Shown: in pieces, positions 1-8,835 of the stretch
Layout: each line of letters begins with the position of its first letter
Position numbering within the stretch: position 1 is the first letter of the stretch
Source: an uncultured Clostridia bacterium
Lineage (GTDB): Bacteria > Bacillota > Clostridia > Christensenellales > Borkfalkiaceae
Direction: 5' to 3'
NCBI GenBank assembly: GCA_944328905.1
Contig: CALVHW010000001.1
Coordinates: forward strand, 1-55,906
Length of the DNA: 55,906 nucleotides
Program-made: the position numbers and the translations under genes
The notes under the pieces: model-generated
Told to the model about the DNA's origin: nothing
Database searches by the model: none
Seen by the model: only the letters and a program-made list of their open reading frames with translations

Positions 1-285
1 GCCGCCGCTTTGAAAAAGGGGCGGCTCTGCGTTCGGTTTTTCCTCTGCCACTCGTCGCAACAAGGTAATTTTCGCGCGCGGCTTTTCGCCGCTTGCTTTT
101 ATACGCTTGTTGCTCCTCTTCCCAAAAAATCTTTGCTTCGCAAATCTTTTTCGGGATGCCCTGTTTGTTTAGGTGCTCTCCATTATAGAAAACGCGGCAT
201 TCACCTTTTCCGCCAGAGGCGCTTATCGCGCAAATTGGGGGCGCTTTGGCAAAAGCGTGGTTTTGCCACGCACAAGTAAAAAATA
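1..285 (+). repeat. Structured repeat family, copy 1 (5'-truncated by window edge; carries ~111-bp insert at 50-160)
   Basis: Contains family motifs: GGTGCTCTCCATTATAGAA, ATTCACCTTTTCC, AAATTGGGGGCGCTTT and hairpin GGCAAAA-GCGTGG-TTTTGCC (248-267). Confidence 0.8.
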
Positions 286-287
286 TA

Positions 288-524
288 CTCGGCGAAATCT
301 TTTCGGGCTGCCGAAAACATTTCGTCCGATTTTTTAGGGCGACACCGCCGTTCAAACGCTTTCAGCGTTTTCTGCGGCGTTTTCTCCCTCTTTTTGCCCC
401 TTTTAAGGGCTCATCTTTATAGAATGGGCAAAAATTCACCCTCTTCCCATAAGCCGTAAGTATGCGGCAAATTGTGGGCGCTTTTTGAGAAACGCGGTTC
501 TCAAACGCGCAAACAGATTATTTT
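288..524 (+). repeat. Structured repeat family, copy 2
   Basis: H2 GACACCGCCG..CGGCGTTTTCTCC; H3 TTTTTGCCC(391-399)/GGGCAAAAA(426-434); H4 GCCG..CGGC; H5 TTTGAGAA-ACGCGG-TTCTCAAA (484-505); tail ATTATTTT. Confidence 0.9.
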
Positions 525-550
525 AAAACAATTTACCGTACGGCTTTCCG

Positions 551-648
551 TCTTGGGGTATGGGGCAATCGCCCCATATTGGCTTTTAACTCTGCGCACA
601 GTGGGCGGGGCAAGAACCGCAAAAGCAATTTCGCGCCCTTTATCAGCC
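551..648 (+). repeat. Accessory module D (3' appendage of repeat unit), copy a
   Basis: TCTTGGGGTATGGGGCAATCGCCCCATATT...CGCGCCCTTTATCAGCC; reverse-complement homolog at 9539-9636. Confidence 0.85.
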
Positions 649-728
649 AAAATTTGCATAACATTGCGTACAGCCATTTCAGCCGCGCAAATATTTTAAT
701 TCAACGAGCCTTTGCGGACTCAAAACTA

Positions 729-1403
729 TTACTTCTGCCCGTCCAGCAGATCCGGCCGTTTTTCGCGGGTGAGTTTTTCTGACTGCTGGCGGCGCCATTT
801 ATCGATTTCGGCATGGTTGCCGCTGCGCAGAACTTCCGGCACCGCAAGGCCGCCGTATTCGACCGGGCGGGTGTACTGCGGGTACTCCAACGCGTTTTCC
901 GAAAAACTTTCCTGCACCAGCGACGAAGTGTTGATCACCCCGTCTACATACCGCGCTAAACAATCGACCAGCACCATGGCTGGCAGTTCCCCGCCCGTGA
1001 GCACGTAGTCGCCGATGCTGATCTCCTCGTCGATAAAAAGGTCGATAACGCGCTGGTCCACCCCCTCGTAGTGCCCGCACAGCAGCACGATATGGTCGTA
1101 CTCCAACAGCGAAAACACCTTTTGCTGGCGCAGCGTTTCCCCTTTGGGCGAAAGATAGATGCGCCGCGCTTTATGTTCGGGGTCGAGCACGGCGATCGCC
1201 GAGCCGATGGGCTGGGGCGTCATGACCATGCCCGCGCCGCCGCCGAAGGGGTAATCGTCGCACTTTTTGTGCTTATCTTCCGAATAATCGCGGATGTTTA
1301 CGACGTTGATCTGTATTTTGTTTTCTTTTTGCGCCCTGCCTAAAATGCTCGCCGAAAGGGGCGCGAACATTTCGGGGAAGAGCGTTAAAATGTCGATCTT
1401 CAT
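729..1403 (-). CDS. trmD: tRNA (guanine37-N1)-methyltransferase
   Basis: MKIDILTLFPEMF, DDYPFGGGAGMVM, CGHYEGVDQR, SIGDYVLTGGE, YPQYTRP motifs; near rimM/rpsP. Confidence 0.98.
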   Translation of the reverse strand: MKIDILTLFPEMFAPLSASILGRAQKENKIQINVVNIRDYSEDKHKKCDDYPFGGGAGMVMTPQPIGSAIAVLDPEHKARRIYLSPKGETLRQQKVFSLLEYDHIVLLCGHYEGVDQRVIDLFIDEEISIGDYVLTGGELPAMVLVDCLARYVDGVINTSSLVQESFSENALEYPQYTRPVEYGGLAVPEVLRSGNHAEIDKWRRQQSEKLTREKRPDLLDGQK

Positions 1404-2131
1404 TCTTCAAAAATAGTTTCCAGCAGCGAAATTGCGAACAGGTCGTGCATTTCGCGGGTGGGATGGTTGATGTGGTTGCTGAGTAGTGCCGTGGTGTCTA
1501 CGTCCGCCGCGCGCAGTTTTTGCCAACGCGCGAAGCAGTCGCACACTTTCACTCCGCATTCTTGCGCCGCCGCCTTTGCCTCTTGCAGATACGCCGCCAG
1601 CCTGCCCTCTTTGGAAACGGCTGCCACGCTCTCGGCGGGCGCTTTCAGCGCGGCGTGCGGAATGTTGCAGTCTACATACTCGCACATGGAATTGGGCGTC
1701 ATGAAAATGACTTCGCTGCCGCTCTCTTTGAGTTTTGTAAAAATTTCGCGCAGGGCGGATACGTACGCCGCGCGCTTTTCCGGTTCCGGCCCCGCCATGC
1801 AGTCGTTCAGGCCGTAGCACACGACGGTGAGGTCGGGATGGTACGGCAGAATGTCGCGCGCGAGGCGTTTGGCGCCGTTTTGGGCGTTGTCGCCGCTGAT
1901 GCCCGCGTTGACGAGGTTGATCTGCGCGCGCGGGTACAGATAGTTCAGCATACGCACGAGGCGCGCCGAATAGGCGTTGTGCCGCTCGAACACGGTATCG
2001 AACGACGTTTCGCTCGTAAGATACAGTTCGAAACAGCCGTTGGTGACGCTGTCTCCCAAAAAGGCGATGGTCGCCGCCTCCGCTCCGAACAGATTTGAAT
2101 TTTTACCGTTCAGTTTTTCTAAAATTTTCAT
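1400..2131 (-). CDS. SGNH/GDSL hydrolase
   Basis: FLGDSVT block I, NAGISG, GLND, NHINHP catalytic His block; GGAGG RBS; 4-nt overlap with trmD start. Confidence 0.9.
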   Translation of the reverse strand: MKILEKLNGKNSNLFGAEAATIAFLGDSVTNGCFELYLTSETSFDTVFERHNAYSARLVRMLNYLYPRAQINLVNAGISGDNAQNGAKRLARDILPYHPDLTVVCYGLNDCMAGPEPEKRAAYVSALREIFTKLKESGSEVIFMTPNSMCEYVDCNIPHAALKAPAESVAAVSKEGRLAAYLQEAKAAAQECGVKVCDCFARWQKLRAADVDTTALLSNHINHPTREMHDLFAISLLETIFEE

Positions 2132-2147
2132 GATTTTCCTCCTTGCC

Positions 2148-2235
2148 GCGCCCTGTTCGGGTGCGCCGCTTTCGGGTTCGCTGTTTTCGGGGCGCCCCTT
2201 TCGAGCCGGCGCTTTTGCGGGCGGCCACCCTTTCC
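2148..2235. repeat. Degenerate ~15-bp tandem repeat (GCGCCNNTTTCGGG) in rimM-SGNH spacer
   Basis: GCGCCCTGTTCGGGT / GCGCCGCTTTCGGGT / TCGCTGTTTTCGGGG / CGCCCCTTTCGAGC followed by more degenerate units. Confidence 0.55.
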
Positions 2236-2270
2236 GGCGGCTTTTTTGCCTGCGTTATTGCACGGACGTT

Positions 2271-2774
2271 TTATTGCTCGGCCGCCACCTCGTAAAAGCG
2301 TTTTTCGTTGACCGTGATCTTTTTGTTTTCCACGTCTACCGCGGCGATCACGCCCTCGGCGGCGGGGAACATATACTCTTTTTCTTTACCCGCCAACACG
2401 AAAATATCCGTGTGCGCGGGCAGAACGTCGGCAATTTCGCCCAAACGTGCCCCCGTTTCCGTGACCACTTCGCAGCCGACGAGATCGACGATGTAGTACC
2501 TGCCCTCTTCGGGCGCGGGCGCCTCTTCGCGCAGGGCTTCGACCTCTTTTCCGCGCAGAAGTTCGGCCGCGTTCCGATCCGCCACGCCGGCGAGCGTGAG
2601 ATAGGCAAAACCGCCGCCCGCGCGCGCGGACAAAACGCGGTATTCTTTTCCGCCCAAAAACACGGTGCGGAAATTTTTGATGTAAGCCGCGTCGTCTAAC
2701 AGCGGCTTTATTTTCAGTTCGCCGCGGATGCCCTGGGGTTTGAGCACTTCGCCGATGACCAGTTTTTCGCGCAT
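2271..2774 (-). CDS. rimM: Ribosome maturation factor RimM
   Basis: IGEVLKPQGIRGELKI, DRNAAELLRG, YYIVDLVGCEV; synteny rpsP-KH-rimM-trmD. Confidence 0.97.
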   Translation of the reverse strand: MREKLVIGEVLKPQGIRGELKIKPLLDDAAYIKNFRTVFLGGKEYRVLSARAGGGFAYLTLAGVADRNAAELLRGKEVEALREEAPAPEEGRYYIVDLVGCEVVTETGARLGEIADVLPAHTDIFVLAGKEKEYMFPAAEGVIAAVDVENKKITVNEKRFYEVAAEQ

Positions 2775-2829
2775 ATATTCTCCATAGAAAAAAGAGGGAA
2801 AACCTGCATTTTCCCTCCGGGGCGCGGCG

Positions 2830-3075
2830 TTATTCCGCTTTGCCTTTTTCTTTGATTTCGATGTTGTATTTTTTGCCCTCTTTGGCGGACGCGCAGCGCA
2901 CGAGCGTGCGGAGCGCCTTGGCGATCTTGCCCTGCTTGCCGATCACTTTGCCCATATCAGACTCTTCCAAAAGCACGATAATGTCGGTGCCGCGGTCTTT
3001 TTCTTCGACGCGGTATTCGATTTCGTCTTTATGCTCGGCAAACTGTTCCACAACGTATTTTACAAGTTCCAGCAT
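2830..3075 (-). CDS. khpA: KH-domain RNA-binding protein (KhpA/YlqC)
   Basis: DMGKVIGKQGKIAKALRT GxxG KH motif; between rpsP and rimM. Confidence 0.93.
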   Translation of the reverse strand: MLELVKYVVEQFAEHKDEIEYRVEEKDRGTDIIVLLEESDMGKVIGKQGKIAKALRTLVRCASAKEGKKYNIEIKEKGKAE

Positions 3076-3096
3076 AGATCCGTTCCCCCGCCGCGA

Positions 3097-3390
3097 TTAC
3101 TTCTTTTTGCGCACTTTCGTTCTGGGGGCGGAAAGTTTGGCGGGCTTTTCGATGATGCCCTGGCGGATGAGCAGCGTTTTTACCGTTTCGGTAGGCTGCA
3201 CGCCCTTGGAAAGCCAGTCTTTCGCCTTGTCCGCGTCGATCACGATCTCTTCGGGCTGGGAAGTGGGATTATAATGCCCGACCTTTTCGATGTACTCGCC
3301 ATCGCGCGCCTTTCTCGAATCCACCACAACGATACGATAGAAGGGGCTCTTTTTGTCGCCCATTCTCGTAAGTCTCATTTTAACTGCCAT
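3097..3390 (-). CDS. rpsP: 30S ribosomal protein S16
   Basis: [22 protein letters not shown]...RDG...GHYNP. Confidence 0.99.
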   Translation of the reverse strand: MAVKMRLTRMGDKKSPFYRIVVVDSRKARDGEYIEKVGHYNPTSQPEEIVIDADKAKDWLSKGVQPTETVKTLLIRQGIIEKPAKLSAPRTKVRKKK

Positions 3391-3457
3391 TGTATTGCTC
3401 CTTTACAGAAAAATATTTTTTGCTTTGTTTTGCGCGGCCTTTTGCCGCAGCATTGCC

Positions 3458-3486
3458 ATTATACTCCTATAAAAAACGCCTGTCAA
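3458..3486 (-). promoter_or_regulatory. SigmaA promoter of rpsP operon
   Basis: TTGACA-17 bp-TATAAT exact consensus on minus strand. Confidence 0.85.
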
Positions 3487-3513
3487 GCATTTTTACCTGA
3501 CAGGCGGAAAATT

Positions 3514-3999
3514 TTACTCTTCTTCTGTTTCGCGGGGAAGAACGCTTCCGTTCGGGCCGTCTGCAATGCGCCATTTGAGAGAACTTGCGATAATGTATGA
3601 TTCGGCAGGCTCTTCCAAACCTTCGCCGACGGATTTCGGATCGAACTCGCTGTTCGACCACACGATCACGCGGGGATGAGCAAAATGCTCGCACGGCAAA
3701 ATTCCGTCGAAAAATTTGATGAATGCCTCAAAGATCTCGTTCAGGTAATTGTCCTGCAATCCGATCAGCCGAAAACGGCGCACGCCCTCGAAATACAGTT
3801 CGAGGTAATACGGCTCCCATTGGCTGTGAAAGAGCACCAACAGGCGCTGCCCGCCGGGACCGAACCACATCGCGCCGTCCTCTGCGACATGCGTGCCGCT
3901 CACATACTGCGCGGAAACAATACATGCATCGTGAAACCAACTGTACGCATCCTGCAATTCCCGTATATCTTCATCGGTTTGCACCTGTTTCCACTCCAT
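3514..3999 (-). CDS. Hypothetical protein, weakly Imm50-like (FHDA motif)
   Basis: 161 aa with GGGGGA RBS; WFHDACI...LELYFEGV pattern; family call is from memory only. Confidence 0.65.
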   Translation of the reverse strand: MEWKQVQTDEDIRELQDAYSWFHDACIVSAQYVSGTHVAEDGAMWFGPGGQRLLVLFHSQWEPYYLELYFEGVRRFRLIGLQDNYLNEIFEAFIKFFDGILPCEHFAHPRVIVWSNSEFDPKSVGEGLEEPAESYIIASSLKWRIADGPNGSVLPRETEEE

Positions 4000-4026
4000 A
4001 ATCCCCCCCCTCGCAGCAGTGCGCGC

Positions 4027-5343
4027 TTACCGCATAAACGGCAGGCGTTTGCCGCTTTTGAATTGCTTCATCATGGTTTTCGTCTGTTCGAACTGCTTTA
4101 AAAGTTGATTGATCTCCTGCACGGTGGTGCCGCTGCCCGCCGCGATGCGCTTTTTGCGCGACGAGTTGATGATTTCCGGGCGTTCGCGCTCCTTTTTCGT
4201 CATGGAAAGAATCATCGCTTTGAGCCGCTCGACCTTCTTTTCGTCGAAATCGCTCTCCTTTATTTTCAGCTTGCTCATGCCCGGCATCATTCCCATCACC
4301 TGCGAGATGCCGCCCATCTTTTTGAGGGATTCGAACTGTTCGAGGTAGTCTTCGAGCGTGAACGACGCCTCGCGCAGTTTCTTTTCCATCTTTTTCGCCT
4401 GTTCTTCGGTGACGGCTTCCTGCGCCTTTTCGATGAGCGATAAAACGTCGCCCATGCCTAAAATGCGCGATGCCATGCGGTCGGGATAGAACGGCTCCAG
4501 ATCGGTGAGTTTTTCGCCCACGCCGATGAACTTGATGGGCTTGCCCGTGACCGCCTTGATGGAAAGGCAGGCGCCGCCGCGGGTATCGCCGTCGAGTTTG
4601 GTCAAAATCACGCCCGTCACGTTGAGGCGCTTGTTGAAGGTTTCTGCCACGTTCACGGCGTCTTGCCCCGTCATTGCGTCGACGGTGAGCAGGATCTCGT
4701 TCGGGTGTACTTCCGAAACGATGTTTTCCAGTTCCGTCATGAGCGCGTCGTCGATGTGCAGGCGGCCGGCGGTATCGATGATGACGGTATCGTACCCCAT
4801 CGAGCGTGCCTCTTCGACGGCCTGTTTTGCCGTTTTAACGGGGTTTTGCGTGCCTTTTTCGAACACCGGCACGCCCGCTTTGCCGCCCACCACCTGCAAC
4901 TGGTTGATGGCGGCGGGGCGGTAGATGTCGCCCGCGACCAAAAGCGGCTTTTTGCCCTGTTTTTTGAGCAGGAGCGCCAGCTTGCCGCACAGCGTGGTTT
5001 TGCCCGCGCCCTGCAGGCCGCACATCATGATGATCGTGGGCGGGCGGTCGGCCACTTCCAGTTTGGCGTTGGTGGAACCCATCAGCGCGACGAGTTCGTC
5101 GTTGACGATTTTAATGACCTGCTGGGCGGGGTTGAGGCTTTTGAGGATCTCCTGCCCCACCGCCTTTTCGGAAACGTCGGCAATGAATTTTTTGGCGACG
5201 AAAATGTTGACGTCCGCCTCCAGAAGCGCCACGCGCACCTCGCGCATCGCGCCCTTTATTTCCAGTTCGGTCAAACGGCCGTGCTTTGTAAGTTTGGAAA
5301 AGATGTGATTCAGTCTGTCGGACAGAGAGGAAAACAGTGCCAT
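4027..5343 (-). CDS. ffh: Signal recognition particle protein Ffh
   Basis: GLQGAGKTT, DTAGRLH, TKLDGDTRGG, Met-rich M domain, RIAAGSG. Confidence 0.99.
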   Translation of the reverse strand: MALFSSLSDRLNHIFSKLTKHGRLTELEIKGAMREVRVALLEADVNIFVAKKFIADVSEKAVGQEILKSLNPAQQVIKIVNDELVALMGSTNAKLEVADRPPTIIMMCGLQGAGKTTLCGKLALLLKKQGKKPLLVAGDIYRPAAINQLQVVGGKAGVPVFEKGTQNPVKTAKQAVEEARSMGYDTVIIDTAGRLHIDDALMTELENIVSEVHPNEILLTVDAMTGQDAVNVAETFNKRLNVTGVILTKLDGDTRGGACLSIKAVTGKPIKFIGVGEKLTDLEPFYPDRMASRILGMGDVLSLIEKAQEAVTEEQAKKMEKKLREASFTLEDYLEQFESLKKMGGISQVMGMMPGMSKLKIKESDFDEKKVERLKAMILSMTKKERERPEIINSSRKKRIAAGSGTTVQEINQLLKQFEQTKTMMKQFKSGKRLPFMR

Positions 5344-5361
5344 GCGGCTCCTCCTTATTGG

Positions 5362-5706
5362 TTATTGTTCGGATTGCGGCTCTTCGCCGATTTGCAGGAC
5401 AGATAATATTTCATCGATTTCGGCGGCATATTCGGGGTGCTTTCCGGCAAAGGCGGAGAGTTTTTCCGCCGCGGCCGCCGCTCGCTGCGCCGCCTGTACG
5501 ATATGCAGTTTTTCTTCGTACTCATCCAAAAGCGCGCGGCTCTTGGCGAGCATTTCGGATACGCTCTGCTTGGACGTGCCCTTCTGCTCGGCGATTTCGG
5601 TGAGCGACAGATCGCACATATAATACAGTTCGCACACCTCTTTTTGGTGCTCCGTTAAAAGCGCGCCGTAGGCGTCGAACAGTTGCAGATATTTGAGATC
5701 TTTCAT
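5362..5706 (-). CDS. ylxM: YlxM family SRP-associated HTH protein
   Basis: LFDAYGALLTEHQ...YYMCDLSLTEIAE...SKQSV; directly upstream of ffh. Confidence 0.93.
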   Translation of the reverse strand: MKDLKYLQLFDAYGALLTEHQKEVCELYYMCDLSLTEIAEQKGTSKQSVSEMLAKSRALLDEYEEKLHIVQAAQRAAAAAEKLSAFAGKHPEYAAEIDEILSVLQIGEEPQSEQ

Positions 5707-5726
5707 GTTTTGCCTCTTACCTCAGC

Positions 5727-5756
5727 ATTATAACGCATTTTGCGAAGGCGTGTCAA
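5727..5756 (-). promoter_or_regulatory. SigmaA promoter of ylxM-ffh
   Basis: TTGACA-18 bp-TATAAT. Confidence 0.75.
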
Positions 5757-5847
5757 ACGGTTGGCGCAAAAGAAGGCAAGTTTTTCTGCCGCCGGGCGTA
5801 CAGGCTGCGGAAAATGCAAAATCCGGCGCCGTTTGTTCTTTTTTTGC

Positions 5848-5876
5848 TTGCAATCGGGCAAAATATGTGCTAAACT
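5848..5876 (+). promoter_or_regulatory. SigmaA extended -10 promoter, probably leaderless transcript
   Basis: TTGCAA-17 bp-(TGc)TAAACT, 7 nt before ATG at 5884; no SD sequence. Confidence 0.55.
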
Positions 5877-5883
5877 TGACGGT

Positions 5884-6957
5884 ATGGAAATGTGGAAGAT
5901 CGATAAGAATTTTGCACCCGGCAACGTGCAGGCGGACGGCAATGTGACGCGCTACGCCCTGCCCTGCGCGCCCTTCAATTTATACGGCGTTTATTACGAC
6001 GCGGCCGAACAGCGTTTCGCGCGGCTGCCCGCAGACGTGGCGGCGACGACGAGCGAGGGCGTTGTTTGGCTGCGCACGCATACTTCGGGCGGGCGGCTGC
6101 GTTTTGCCACCGATTCCGACTATTTTGAAATAACGGTGCGCTATAATATTTTGGAACTGTACTCACATATGCCCCTTTCCGCATCGGCGGGATTCGTGCT
6201 GATCGACGAAACGGATGAAAACCGCCCCGTGTTCGCCGGCGCGTTCCGCCCGGAAGCGGCAAATAAAGAAGGCTTTGCCGGTTCGGTACTGCTGGCAGGC
6301 GGAAAAATGCGGCAGTATACGCTGTATTTCCCCCTCTACAACGAGGTGACGGGCGTACAGATCGGGCTGAAAGAGGGCGCCCGAGTGGCGGCCGGCAGGC
6401 CGTACAGACCGGGCGGGCCGGTGCTGTACTACGGTTCTTCCATCACGCAGGGCGGCTGCGCCTCGCGCCCCGATAACTGCTACCCCGCATACATATCGCA
6501 GTGGACGAACACCGATTACATCAACCTCGGATTCAGCGGCAACGGAAAGGCGGAACCGGCGATCGTAAAATACCTCGCCGCGATCCCCTGCCGCGCCTTT
6601 GTGTGCGACTACGACCACAACGCGCCCGATGCGGAGTATCTGCAAAAGACGCACCGGCCGCTGTACGAAGCATTCCGCGCCGCACAGCCGGATACGCCCG
6701 TTCTGTTTATGACCAAGCCGGACTTTGACTTCGACCCGCAGGCGAAAGAGCGCCGCGCCGTCATACGGGACACTTATGATTTTGCGCGCGCAAACGGCGA
6801 TAAAAAGGTGTACTTTTTAGACGGCGAAACACTGTTCGGAAAAGCAGACCGCACGCACTGCACCGTAGACCGCTGCCATCCCACCGACCTCGGGTTTTAC
6901 TTTATGGCCAAAGCCGTGTACGAAAAACTGTGCGAGGCGGGCGTATTCGGCAAATAA
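5884..6957 (+). CDS. SGNH/GDSL hydrolase with N-terminal accessory domain
   Basis: YYGSSITQGGCASRP, NLGFSGNG, DYDHN, DRCHPTDLGF; start moved from 5740 to 5884 using the promoter position. Confidence 0.88.
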   Translation: MEMWKIDKNFAPGNVQADGNVTRYALPCAPFNLYGVYYDAAEQRFARLPADVAATTSEGVVWLRTHTSGGRLRFATDSDYFEITVRYNILELYSHMPLSASAGFVLIDETDENRPVFAGAFRPEAANKEGFAGSVLLAGGKMRQYTLYFPLYNEVTGVQIGLKEGARVAAGRPYRPGGPVLYYGSSITQGGCASRPDNCYPAYISQWTNTDYINLGFSGNGKAEPAIVKYLAAIPCRAFVCDYDHNAPDAEYLQKTHRPLYEAFRAAQPDTPVLFMTKPDFDFDPQAKERRAVIRDTYDFARANGDKKVYFLDGETLFGKADRTHCTVDRCHPTDLGFYFMAKAVYEKLCEAGVFGK

Positions 6958-6973
6958 ATGCAATAAGGAAAGC

Positions 6974-7015
6974 GCGGCCGCGGCGGAAACATTTCCGCCG
7001 CGGCCGTTTTGTTTT
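6974..7015. terminator. Intrinsic terminator between convergent genes
   Basis: CGGCCGCGGCGGAAA/TTTCCGCCGCGGCCG stem followed by T-rich tail. Confidence 0.8.
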
Positions 7016-7096
7016 GAACCGCGCACTGTTTTCGGGTGTACGTTGTTTATTTTTCATGCACACCGATGTGCGTTTATTTTCAAAAACAGGATGCAA

Positions 7097-7891
7097 TCAT
7101 TTTTCGAACGCGCCGCCGTTTTTATCGCCGTTATCGCCGGCGTTTTCGCCCGAACCGTTTTCATTTGAACCGCGGCCGCGCCTGCCTTTGCCGAATTTTT
7201 CGCGCACGGCCTGCAAACGCTGTATATTCCTTTCATGAAGCTCGCGCACCGCGTCCGCCAAGGACGCGCCCGCGAAGGGGAACAGGAAGCGCCGTTTTTG
7301 TCGGCTCGCCGCGCGCCGCTCATTGAGGGCAGCTTTGAGCTGTTCGTAATGCACGGCCTCTTTGAGCTGCGCCGCGGCCTTGCGGATTTTGAGCGATACG
7401 TTGAAACTGATGCACAGGTCGACGAAAAAGATGCCGTAAAAGGAGCCGACGACGAAGATCATCCAGATATTGTCCGCCGCCCACACCGCCGCCGTGTGCA
7501 GAGGCTCGAAGAGCAGGTACACGAACAGCGCGGCGATGATGCCCCACAGTAGCGAAAAGAGCGGGCAGATGATGCCCCGGATGTTGCCCCAGCGGCCCGA
7601 ATAATCCCACAGTTTGATCTTCATGCCCTTGATGAAGATGAGGCCGGTGACGTATTCGAGCAGGGTGAGCGCCACGGTGAGCAACAGCACCAGCCCCCAG
7701 CGCGGCAGAGGGATAAAGCAGGCGCCGTACAAGAGCACGGTGCCCGCGCCGTACATGGGCAGATACGGGCCGTTGAGAAAGCCGGGGTTGATCCACTTTT
7801 TCATGCTGAAAAAGCGGCGGAAAAACAGTTCGATCACCCAGCCGCCGACCGAACCGAGCATATACAGAAAAGTGAGGCGGAAAAAGACCAT
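7097..7891 (-). CDS. Putative ABC transporter permease family (DUF1113/CmpB-like) membrane protein
   Basis: GWVIE, NPGFLNGPYLPMYG, LEYVTG, LWDYS, GIICP motifs; multiple TM segments. Confidence 0.88.
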   Translation of the reverse strand: MVFFRLTFLYMLGSVGGWVIELFFRRFFSMKKWINPGFLNGPYLPMYGAGTVLLYGACFIPLPRWGLVLLLTVALTLLEYVTGLIFIKGMKIKLWDYSGRWGNIRGIICPLFSLLWGIIAALFVYLLFEPLHTAAVWAADNIWMIFVVGSFYGIFFVDLCISFNVSLKIRKAAAQLKEAVHYEQLKAALNERRAASRQKRRFLFPFAGASLADAVRELHERNIQRLQAVREKFGKGRRGRGSNENGSGENAGDNGDKNGGAFEK

Positions 7892-7924
7892 ACGCTACCT
7901 GTATTTGTATGCCGCAAAGGCAGG

Positions 7925-8818
7925 TTAAATGATGCCTTCGGTGAACTCTTCGGCGTCGAAAAGTTCGAGGTCTTCGAGTTTTTCGCCCGTGCCGACGAAC
8001 ACGACGGGGATTTTCAGTTCGCCGCACAGCGACACCACGAACCCGCCCTTGGCGGTGCCGTCGAGTTTGGTCAAAACGATGCCGTCGAGTTCGACAGCCT
8101 CGTCGAACAGGCGCGCCTGCGAAAGCGCGTTCTGCCCCGTGGTGGCATCCAGCACCAAAAATTTATAGAAATGCGCCTCGGGGTAATCGCGCCGCACCAC
8201 GCGGTCCATCTTTTTGAGTTCTTCCATGAGGTTCGCCTTTACGTGCAGGCGGCCGGCCGTATCGACGATGACCACGTCCGTCTTTTTGGCTTTGGCCGAG
8301 GCGATCGCGTCGTAGACGACGGCGGAGGGATCGCTGCCCTCTTCGTGCTTGACGATGCGCACTTTGGCGCGGTCTGCCCACACCGAAAGCTGATCGGACG
8401 CCGCCGCGCGGAATGTATCTGCCGCCGCCACAGTGACGCTCTTTTTTTCGCGCACGAAATAGTTTGCGAGTTTGCCGATGGTGGTGGTTTTGCCCACGCC
8501 GTTGACGCCCACGAGCATGATGACGGCGGGGTATTCGATTTCCGGAACTTCCGCCTCGCAGAGGGTATCTTCGATGACGTCTTTCAAAAGGTCGATGACG
8601 TACTGCTTGTCTTTTAGTTTTTCTTTTTTCGCCTCCGCGCGGATTTGCTCGACGATGTCTTCCGCCGTGAGCACGGAGATGTCGGCGGAAATTAAGATCT
8701 CTTCGAGTTCGTCGTAGAAATCGTCGCCGAGGTCTTTGGAAAACAGCGCGGAAAGCTTCGACGAAATGTTATCTTTCGTCTTTTTGAGTGCGCCGATGAT
8801 TTTGCCGAAAATGCCCAT
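7925..8818 (-). CDS. ftsY: SRP receptor FtsY
   Basis: GVNGVGKTTTIGKLA, DTFRAAA, DTAGRL, TKLDGTAKGG; GGAGG RBS before ATG 8818. Confidence 0.99.
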   Translation of the reverse strand: MGIFGKIIGALKKTKDNISSKLSALFSKDLGDDFYDELEEILISADISVLTAEDIVEQIRAEAKKEKLKDKQYVIDLLKDVIEDTLCEAEVPEIEYPAVIMLVGVNGVGKTTTIGKLANYFVREKKSVTVAAADTFRAAASDQLSVWADRAKVRIVKHEEGSDPSAVVYDAIASAKAKKTDVVIVDTAGRLHVKANLMEELKKMDRVVRRDYPEAHFYKFLVLDATTGQNALSQARLFDEAVELDGIVLTKLDGTAKGGFVVSLCGELKIPVVFVGTGEKLEDLELFDAEEFTEGII

Positions 8819-8835
8819 AAAAACCTCCATACTTC

